Virus record (IMG/VR): IMGVR_UViG_2928768511_000002
Coordinates: 1-64,000 of that record
DNA from: a virus
Lineage: Duplodnaviria > Caudoviricetes
Strand: one strand, 5' to 3'
DNA: 64,000 bases
The translations under genes and the position numbers were made by a program. This document shows positions 53,982 through 61,275 of the stretch, one piece after another. Under the pieces are notes generated by a model. That model saw only the letters and a program-made list of their open reading frames with translations. It had not been told where the DNA came from and did not search any database. Numbering within the stretch: the stretch's first letter is position 1; each line of letters begins with the position of its first letter.

Positions 53982-55148
53982 ATGTTCAGCAAAGAGATCA
54001 TCGACGCCATCGTCGCGGCGGCGAACGAGAACGGCTGGCCGGCGTCCGCGCTGCTGGCTGTTGTCGAGTGCGAGACCTCGGGCAAGCCGTTCGAGCAGGA
54101 CAATCGCACGCCTTCGCTGCTCTTCGAGCGGCACAAGTTCTACTCCGAGATGGCCAGTCACGAGCCGAGCAAGCTCAAGGCAGCCATCAAGGCCGGCCTC
54201 GCCATCCCGAAGTGGAGCCGGAACACCCAGTACAAGGACCAGGGCACCTCGGCTGGCCGCCTCGCAGTAATCGCGCGGGCAAGGCAGATCGACGAGGAAG
54301 TCGCCAACAGAGCGGCGTCCTGGGGCCTTGGCCAGACCATGGGCTTCAACGCAGAGCGCCTGCACTACGAGAACGCGACCGCCATGGTCGCCGAGTTGTC
54401 GAAGGGCGTCGCCGAGCAGATCGAGGCCCTGGTGCGGGAGATCAAGTCGAGCAAGCTCGACCGCTTCCTGAAGGCCAAGGACTTCGCGTCGTTCGCCAAG
54501 GGCTACAACGGCCCCGGCTACAAGCAGAACAACTACGACGTTCGCATCCGCAACGCAGACGCCGTCTGGGCTCGCCGCCTGGCCAACGGCTTCGAGGCCA
54601 AGCCGAGCAAGACCATCACCGTGATCTACCAGTCCAAGCTCAAGGAGCTGGGCTACCCGGTTGGGAAGATCGATGGCGACTGGGGCGATCTGACTACGGG
54701 CGCGACCTCCGCGTTCCAGCGGAAGGAAGGCCTCAAGATCACCGGTCACCCGAACGACGAGACCACGCAGCACCTCGAAAACGCCACCGCGGATCAGGCT
54801 CGCGAGCCAGCCGCTGAGCGCCAGACGGCGACTGTCGACGATCTCCGGGCCACTGGCTCGCAGACGGTCGCAGCGGCCGACAAGGGCTCGCTGGTGTCGA
54901 AGATCCTGGTTGGTGCCGGCGCCGTGGGTGGCGCGTCCCAGACCGGTCTCCTCGACCAGGCTCAGGACATGGTCGGTCAGGTGCAGGCTGCGAAGAGCGT
55001 CCTCGACTCCGTCCGAGACCTCGCTACCGGCCTCGCGCCGTACTGGTGGGTCGGCGTGATCGTGGTCGGCTTCATCACCTGGCGCTTGTACGGCGACGTC
55101 ATCAAGCGCCGCCTCGAAGACCATCAAGCAGGAGTCCACCTTGGATAA
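53982..55148 (+). CDS. Endolysin: N-acetylmuramidase (DUF3380) + PG-binding + TM tail
   Basis: ECETSG, LFERHKF, SWGLGQTMGFN, FAKGYNGPGY; LGY.VG.IDG.WG..T..A...FQ. Confidence 0.9.
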   Translation: MFSKEIIDAIVAAANENGWPASALLAVVECETSGKPFEQDNRTPSLLFERHKFYSEMASHEPSKLKAAIKAGLAIPKWSRNTQYKDQGTSAGRLAVIARARQIDEEVANRAASWGLGQTMGFNAERLHYENATAMVAELSKGVAEQIEALVREIKSSKLDRFLKAKDFASFAKGYNGPGYKQNNYDVRIRNADAVWARRLANGFEAKPSKTITVIYQSKLKELGYPVGKIDGDWGDLTTGATSAFQRKEGLKITGHPNDETTQHLENATADQAREPAAERQTATVDDLRATGSQTVAAADKGSLVSKILVGAGAVGGASQTGLLDQAQDMVGQVQAAKSVLDSVRDLATGLAPYWWVGVIVVGFITWRLYGDVIKRRLEDHQAGVHLG

Positions 55149-55569
55149 GTTCCTCGAAAAGGCGAGGGCATTTTTCGGCACCACGGCGGGCAGGGTTGTT
55201 GCAGCCCTGCTCGTCGCGGCGGCGATCCTTGCCTACACGCATCACCGCGGCGCCGTCAGCACGACCGCAAAACTCGAGCCTCAGATCGAGCAACTGAAGA
55301 TGCAGCTCGCCGAGGCGCAGGCGAAGCCAGCGGCTCCCGAGATCCCGTACTGGCAGTGCAATGGTCCTAAAGAGACCAGGCACCCGCAGTGCCGTGACGA
55401 GGAGGCTGAGGCCCAGCTCGCCGAGCGCGTCGCGCGCACGGAACAGGACAACGAGAAACTCGCAAAGAAAGTAGCAGACTATGAAAAGCAGCTGGCTAAG
55501 CGCGCTGCGAAAGCTGGGGCTTTTACTCTGTCTCCCGCTGACGCTCGCAGCCTGTCAAACATTAAGTGA
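55141..55569 (+). CDS. i-spanin-like protein
   Basis: N-terminal TM plus coiled coil; follows endolysin. Confidence 0.7.
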   Translation: MDKFLEKARAFFGTTAGRVVAALLVAAAILAYTHHRGAVSTTAKLEPQIEQLKMQLAEAQAKPAAPEIPYWQCNGPKETRHPQCRDEEAEAQLAERVARTEQDNEKLAKKVADYEKQLAKRAAKAGAFTLSPADARSLSNIK

Positions 55570-55777
55570 AGCCCCGCGGCAGGACCGCGTGGACCTTCAG
55601 GCGTGTCTCCGGATCGCCCAGACGGTCGAGCATCCCGCGATCAAGGCCGGCGCCGACGCGCGCGCGGTGATCGCCCGCTACCGCGCCGCGCTCATCCGGG
55701 CCAACGGCAGCATCCGAGACACCCAGGCCTGCATGGCCCTGCTCGATAGGGCAGAGAAGAATGGCCTCCTCGAATGA
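55481..55777 (+). CDS. o-spanin-like lipoprotein
   Basis: Lipobox LAAC; overlaps i-spanin in another frame. Confidence 0.7.
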   Translation: MKSSWLSALRKLGLLLCLPLTLAACQTLSEAPRQDRVDLQACLRIAQTVEHPAIKAGADARAVIARYRAALIRANGSIRDTQACMALLDRAEKNGLLE

Positions 55778-56106
55778 GCCTCGCCGACGTCACCCTTGAA
55801 ACCGTCCTCAGCCTTGCGGGGCCGATGATCGCTGCTGCCGGCCTCGTCAGCGGCGTCTGGTACCGCATGGAGAGCAAGGTGGAGAGCGTCCGTAAGGAGG
55901 GCGCCGCCGCGGTCCATGTGGTCGAGAAGGAGCTTTCCGAATTCAAATTGAAGGTCGCCGAGGAGTACGCCTCCTGGGAGACCGTGAAGAGCATCGAGAC
56001 GAGGCTGACCGAGCGAATGGACAACCTCTCCGAAAACGTAATGAGGATGCCGGACCTGATCGTCGATCGCATCTTCAAAATGGTCAATATGAGCGCTGGA
56101 AAGTAA
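55774..56106 (+). CDS. Single-TM coiled-coil protein, possible holin
   Basis: N-terminal TM; last gene of lysis cassette. Confidence 0.55.
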   Translation: MSLADVTLETVLSLAGPMIAAAGLVSGVWYRMESKVESVRKEGAAAVHVVEKELSEFKLKVAEEYASWETVKSIETRLTERMDNLSENVMRMPDLIVDRIFKMVNMSAGK

Positions 56107-56130
56107 CCGGCGCCGCTCACCTGTGACTTC

Positions 56131-56180
56131 GCCCCTAGACTGCCGGTTTGCACACCCCGCAGTCTAGGGGCTCTTTTTTT
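56131..56180 (+). terminator. Intrinsic terminator ending late operon
   Basis: Perfect 13-bp stem, 15-nt loop, TTTTTTT. Confidence 0.8.
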
Positions 56181-56222
56181 ATGCCTTCTGGGAACCCCAA
56201 AGCGAACGCAAAAAGACCTGCA

Positions 56223-56245
56223 ATTTGCACGAATGCAAATAATGT
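56223..56245 (+). promoter_or_regulatory. Perfect palindromic operator adjacent to a -10-like element
   Basis: ATTTGCACGAATGCAAAT followed by TAATGT. Confidence 0.65.
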
Positions 56246-56289
56246 GCTAGGGAAAATGCGAACACAATCCACCTATCCACAGAGGTTCA

Positions 56290-58257
56290 ATGCCCACGCC
56301 GCCCGTGCCGAACGACGAACGCGCCCGCAGAAAAGCCGTCGTCGAGGACCTGCTCAAGCTGGGTTACCACCCGCAGGGACAGAGAGGGGGCCTGGCCTCC
56401 GCCACCAAGACCGCGGAGCGCCGTGAAGGCATCAACTACCCCCGCTGGGTGCGGGACGAAGAAGCCCAACGCGACAAGGGCAAGCCGCACTATGCGGTAG
56501 ACTGGTCGCTCTATATCCCGCCTGCGCCCGCCGCCACCGTCACCCGCGGCGCTGAAGAAGCAGGCGAAGAACTGTCCGCCGAAGACCACGCGCACAAGCG
56601 CGCCGTGGTTCTCTCGACGGAGGTTACCAATCTCATCACCTCATCGAACTACCCGGTCATCAACCCGGATGCCATCCTAATCGACTCCTACCTCGTCCGC
56701 CGCTACGATCGGTCGGTCGGTGGTTACGTCATCAAGGAGGGCACCCCGCGGACGTGGATGACCGACACCCTGCGTGTCGCCCCGATCACGAATCCGCGGA
56801 ACCAGAATTTCATCTTCACGGGCGCGCAAAACGATGCGCCGATCCACGAGGAGTTCTGGGCCAACCTACTGGCCTATGCCGACTTCCTGAACGCCAAGAT
56901 CGTCGTCGGTCCCTGGACCTACGAGACGCAGTGGTGGGCGGAGAACAACCCAACGGCGCGCGCGTACGCGACCGAGCTGTCGCCTTATCTGTGCTTCGGC
57001 CAGATGAAGATCGGCGACAACTTCGTGTTCTGCGGGGAAATGAACACGCTGCCGACAGCCTCGCAGCCGATCTCGGACTTGGTCACCTACAGCCGTGGCC
57101 GCTGGGCCGTGTTCCCGCACGCCAAGCGCCAGCTGAAGTCCGTGCCGTCCACCGACCCGAACGTCCAGGCCCACCAGGTCATGACGTCGGGCGCTGTCAC
57201 GCGCCCCAAGGTCATCCCGCGCAAGGCCGGCGTGAAGTCGATCTTCCACCAGGTGGTTGGCGCCACCGTGGTGCAGTTCGACGACGAGGGCGACGTCTTC
57301 TGCCGGCAGATCTCGGCCAGCGACGACGGCTCCTTCTATGATCTCGACGCCCGTGTGGCGAACGGGGAGGTGACGACGAGCCACCGGGTCCGCGCGATCA
57401 CCTTCGCCGACATCCATGTCCGAAAGCTCGATCCCGCCAACACCATGGCGACGTTCGGCTGGGACATGCGCGGCAACGTGGCGAAGTACCGTAACTCGGT
57501 CGTGGACGTGCTCAATCCGGAGCACATGATCTACCACGACATCTTCGACAACGAACCGGGCAACCATCACCACGTTGGTGACAATGCCTACAGCTACGAG
57601 ATGGCCATCCGCGGGCGCGACAGCCTCGAGTGCGAGGTCTTGCAGTGTGGCGACTTCCTGCTGCGCACCCTTGGCGAGGACCGCCTGGGCATCGTGGCAG
57701 AGGGCAATCATGACCTGGCGCTGGAGAAGTACGCGCGCGAGGGCAGGTACCGGAACCACGGCATCAACGTCCGCTTCGGCCTCCAGCTGGAGGATGCGTA
57801 CCTCGGCCACGTCGAGGCGCGCTCGCACGCGATCGACAATGATCTGCCGGTGCCGCGCTTCTCGCTGCTCGAATACGCGATCCGCCAGAAGTACCCGCAG
57901 CTCGGGGACAAGATCGAGTGGTGCCACGACGGTTACTCGCGGCTCATCGACGGCATCGAGGTCGGCAACCACGGCTTCCGCGGCGCGAACGGCGCCAAGG
58001 GGACCGTGAACGGTTTCGCCAAGATGGGGCGCAAGATGACCATCGGCGACAAGCATTCCCCGGAGATCAACGAGGGCGTCTACGTGTCGGGAGCGATGAA
58101 CCTGCGCCACGGCTACAACAAGGGTCCGAGCGGCTGGGCCGTCTCGCACGTCATCCAGTATGCGGATGGTAAGCGGGCGCTGATCACGCTCCAGAAGGGC
58201 AAATGGCGACCAGAGAAGCCGGTGATCCGGATGCCGGCGCCGTCCCTTGCTGCCTAG
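56290..58257 (+). CDS. Calcineurin-like metallophosphoesterase-domain protein
   Basis: FADIH, HDIFD, EGNHD, NHG, GDKHSP motifs in C-terminal half. Confidence 0.75.
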   Translation: MPTPPVPNDERARRKAVVEDLLKLGYHPQGQRGGLASATKTAERREGINYPRWVRDEEAQRDKGKPHYAVDWSLYIPPAPAATVTRGAEEAGEELSAEDHAHKRAVVLSTEVTNLITSSNYPVINPDAILIDSYLVRRYDRSVGGYVIKEGTPRTWMTDTLRVAPITNPRNQNFIFTGAQNDAPIHEEFWANLLAYADFLNAKIVVGPWTYETQWWAENNPTARAYATELSPYLCFGQMKIGDNFVFCGEMNTLPTASQPISDLVTYSRGRWAVFPHAKRQLKSVPSTDPNVQAHQVMTSGAVTRPKVIPRKAGVKSIFHQVVGATVVQFDDEGDVFCRQISASDDGSFYDLDARVANGEVTTSHRVRAITFADIHVRKLDPANTMATFGWDMRGNVAKYRNSVVDVLNPEHMIYHDIFDNEPGNHHHVGDNAYSYEMAIRGRDSLECEVLQCGDFLLRTLGEDRLGIVAEGNHDLALEKYAREGRYRNHGINVRFGLQLEDAYLGHVEARSHAIDNDLPVPRFSLLEYAIRQKYPQLGDKIEWCHDGYSRLIDGIEVGNHGFRGANGAKGTVNGFAKMGRKMTIGDKHSPEINEGVYVSGAMNLRHGYNKGPSGWAVSHVIQYADGKRALITLQKGKWRPEKPVIRMPAPSLAA

Positions 58258-58294
58258 TCGTTTGCATGAATTCAAGTTTGAAAGGAGAGAGCAA

Positions 58295-58963
58295 ATGAAC
58301 TTGGTGATCGGTCTGTCGGGGTTTGCTCAGTCGGGTAAGACGACTGCGGCCCTGTACCTGGAGCAGAAGTACGGCGTGCGCCGTAAGCACATCGCAGAAC
58401 CGCTGCGGGCGATGCTGGCGGTGCTTCTGAAAGCGAACGGCATGTCGGCCGACATGATCACTCGCTACCTGGAGGGCGATCTCAAGGAGTGCATGATCCC
58501 CGAGCTGGGCGTCACCTCCCGCTACGCGCAGATCACGCTGGGCACCGAGTGGGGTCGCGAGCTGATCAATTCCGATCTGTGGGCTGACACCTGGGCTGCC
58601 GGCGTCGCGGATGGCGAGTCCGTGATGAACGACTCCGTCCGCTTCCCGAACGAGGAGAAGGCGATCCAGCAGCTCGGCGGCTTCACCATCTTGATCAAGC
58701 GCCCGGGAACCAAGCCGGCGAAGTTCTCATGGGGCTGGATCGGCGAGAAGCTCTACGACTGGTTCGGCGTGCTCTGGGGTGCTCACGACAGCGAGCGCAC
58801 CGACCTGCTCAAGCCGGACTACATCATCCACAACGACTCGAGCGTCGAGCAGCTCTATCTCGACATCGACACAGCCGTGAGACACTGGCAGGAGTACGGT
58901 CGCTCCTCGGGCACCACGCAGGTGCAGTTCGGTCTGGTAACGATGGCGCTGAGCCGGGTCTGA
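58295..58963 (+). CDS. Deoxynucleoside monophosphate kinase
   Basis: IGLSGFAQSGKTTAA; R..Q..LGTEWGR.L; DSVRFPNE. Confidence 0.9.
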   Translation: MNLVIGLSGFAQSGKTTAALYLEQKYGVRRKHIAEPLRAMLAVLLKANGMSADMITRYLEGDLKECMIPELGVTSRYAQITLGTEWGRELINSDLWADTWAAGVADGESVMNDSVRFPNEEKAIQQLGGFTILIKRPGTKPAKFSWGWIGEKLYDWFGVLWGAHDSERTDLLKPDYIIHNDSSVEQLYLDIDTAVRHWQEYGRSSGTTQVQFGLVTMALSRV

Positions 58964-59235
58964 TGGAGCAGTCCCGCGTTATGTCGCTGGTTGAGGTGGC
59001 GACGTCGAGCCTGATCGGGTTCGGCGTCTCCATCTGGGCCAATTACGCCGTGCTGCCGCTGTTCGGGTTCAAGGTGAAGCTCGCTGAGAGCTTCGCCATC
59101 ACCCTGATCTTCATGGTGATCTCGATCATCCGCAGCTACCTGGTCCGCCGGTTCTTCGCCGTCCACCTCAAGCGCTTCGCTGCGTGGTGCCAGGAGCTGT
59201 ACGGTGGCTTCGTAAATTTGAGACGGCTGTCGTAA
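58963..59235 (+). CDS. DUF7220-like membrane protein
   Basis: QSRVMSLVE...LIGFGVS......LPLFG...IIRSYLVRRFF. Confidence 0.8.
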   Translation: MEQSRVMSLVEVATSSLIGFGVSIWANYAVLPLFGFKVKLAESFAITLIFMVISIIRSYLVRRFFAVHLKRFAAWCQELYGGFVNLRRLS

Positions 59236-59283
59236 GCGGTAACGTCGCGCATTTCGCCGAAAGTGATTTTCGGACGTTTTCGG

Positions 59284-60051
59284 CTATGGCTGCATTGACG
59301 CTGGCTCATGACGGGTTCCGGGCATCTCATCAAAAGTACGTCCCCGGTACTCGCGCCCGGTCTTGTCCTTGCGAACACCGCCCCATTGCTTAAAGAAGAA
59401 CGCCGTCTCAGATCGACGGCACGCGGCCTCGATTTCGTGAACCCACTCCTCAAGCATTGGGCGGGATCGGGGTCCGCTCTCACCCCCTACAATAGCCCAA
59501 TCGATACCCCTCAAGTTCGGGGCACCCATCGGCCCCAACAACGGCTCGAAGGAGATGAAACGAACCGCCGCGCTCACCCGGCGCAACTCGTCGATGCGTG
59601 AAAGATAGGCCGCGTTCTCGACGCTAGTGCCTAGCCAAACATTCCGCAGTACCGGAAGGGACCGAGTGAGTTGCGCCATTCGATCCGGACGCTTCGTCAG
59701 GATTTGATACGTGTGCCACGGCGTTGAGCCCATCACGGCCCACACTTCTGCGACGAATTTCGCGGGTACAGCTTCGTGGAACAGGTCCGACATCGAATTA
59801 ACAAAGATGCGTCGCGGCTTGCGCCACCTCTGGGGTACCCTAAGAGCACCTCGGTCCAGTCGTATCTTGCCGGTCCACACCGCCCGACGGCCGCTCTTGC
59901 GCGTCAGCCCACGGTATTTCTCCATTCCCATCGCTTCGAGCCGTGCCGCCATCCGCATGGCGTAGCAGTTGGTGCACCCCGGGGACAGGATCGTGCAGCC
60001 CGCCACAGGGTTCCAGGTCGCGTCCGTCCATTCGATTGAAGTGTCGGCCAT
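59284..60051 (-). CDS. DUF5131 / phage Gp37-Gp68 family three-Cys protein
   Basis: TSIEWTDATWNPVAGC...SPGCTNCYA; FVNSMSDLFH; ILTKRP; SFEPLLG; GGESG; FFKQWGG. Confidence 0.93.
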   Translation of the reverse strand: MADTSIEWTDATWNPVAGCTILSPGCTNCYAMRMAARLEAMGMEKYRGLTRKSGRRAVWTGKIRLDRGALRVPQRWRKPRRIFVNSMSDLFHEAVPAKFVAEVWAVMGSTPWHTYQILTKRPDRMAQLTRSLPVLRNVWLGTSVENAAYLSRIDELRRVSAAVRFISFEPLLGPMGAPNLRGIDWAIVGGESGPRSRPMLEEWVHEIEAACRRSETAFFFKQWGGVRKDKTGREYRGRTFDEMPGTRHEPASMQP

Positions 60052-60061
60052 GAAGCTTTTC

Positions 60062-60901
60062 CTATCCGAACAACGACCTTTGACCTGTCAGGTTCTGCAC
60101 GTCATTCCACAATTTGTGCCCATGCGGGTTGGAGCTAAGGAATACCAACCAATAAAGTCGCTGGTTCTGCTGTCCGACCACTAGCGGAATGCCCGTAGCT
60201 GGCTTTGAGCCGAGCGATCGGATCAGGCCCAACCAATATTCAATCAGGGCCGCACGCAATGGCGCAATGGCTTGCCGAACGTTGATCGCATCTCGCCATC
60301 CCGGCGCGAAGTTGTTGAGGGTCGGATCGCCGATGCTGCTGTAATCATCGAGATTACGCTGTAGGTCAAATAGACTCACATGGATAATCATGTCCATGCG
60401 CCGAAACTTAAGCATCTTCTCGATTATCGAAAACGGTAGCTGACCTAGTGAAAAAGGGTCGAGAAACGCCAAATGCAAACCGTGCGGGTTGAGAGCGCCA
60501 AGGGCGCGGTCAACTATCTTGTCCGCGGGACCGTGGTAATTCTGCGCGACGCCCCCGAGCGCTTTAATGCGCTGCGCGACCGCATCACTGTTCACTTGCT
60601 CCAAATCCGAGAGGTGCAGATCGGTGAAAGGCATAGCGCTGGACTTAGCTGCTTTATAAGCTACCAACGCGCTACCATCGATAATCCGATTGCTACCGTC
60701 AATCAGCGAACGACCAGCACCAGAGTACAGTTCTATATAGCTTGCCGTTGCCCAACCTTTGGGAGGAACATATTTCGCCCGGGTCGGTCCAGCTGCGTCG
60801 ATGTATTTTCGAAGTCGTTCATGCTTCTCCGTAGCCCACGGACCGACTTCACCGACGATCAACCCATCGTCTGGATCAACTTTCACTGATTTCTTTGCCA
60901 A
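60062..60901 (-). CDS. tcmP: Three-Cys-motif partner protein
   Basis: GPWATEKH..L..YI; YIELYSGAG; AFLDPF; adjacent to DUF5131. Confidence 0.88.
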   Translation of the reverse strand: MAKKSVKVDPDDGLIVGEVGPWATEKHERLRKYIDAAGPTRAKYVPPKGWATASYIELYSGAGRSLIDGSNRIIDGSALVAYKAAKSSAMPFTDLHLSDLEQVNSDAVAQRIKALGGVAQNYHGPADKIVDRALGALNPHGLHLAFLDPFSLGQLPFSIIEKMLKFRRMDMIIHVSLFDLQRNLDDYSSIGDPTLNNFAPGWRDAINVRQAIAPLRAALIEYWLGLIRSLGSKPATGIPLVVGQQNQRLYWLVFLSSNPHGHKLWNDVQNLTGQRSLFG

Positions 60902-61275
60902 AGCCCCCTCCCACCCGCTGGTATGTTATAGCACCCAATTTGGGAGTGCTACCGCCAGTTGAGAAGAAATCAGAATTCGTTAACGACGGGCGAGGGTTCG
61001 CCTCACCTGTTATCTGTGCCCGTCGGGATGCGCCCAGGTAGCGCGGCTCTCGATCGGCCGTAGCGGCGCGTGCCGGCCTTTCTTGCACGACCGGTATTTC
61101 GTGCGGCCATTCGACTTTCGGGGGGTAAAGGTCGCTTGTCGCGGGAAAAAAGGTTAGACTAATCCGGTTGATATGTGCGACTCGTCAACAATCGTGGACC
61201 GGTCAAGAGCCCGGCCGCCATCGCCCCGACTAGGGAAATCGAAGTTGAGGCGCGAAACTTGAGGGCAGGAAAGAT

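Larger units (their letters stand above)
1..59235. mobile_element. Contractile-tailed prophage, left end outside window
   Basis: Terminase, portal, capsid, baseplate, sheath, tube, TMP and lysis genes in order; same palindromic motif in both arms; no integrase seen; right limit inferred from switch to DUF5131/TcmP/R-M genes. Confidence 0.9.

Noticed and set aside
3-59218. 9-mer TCGTAAATT at 59210 and inverted at 3-11 as att sites
   Set aside because: Inverted rather than direct orientation, short, found post hoc; cannot be distinguished from chance
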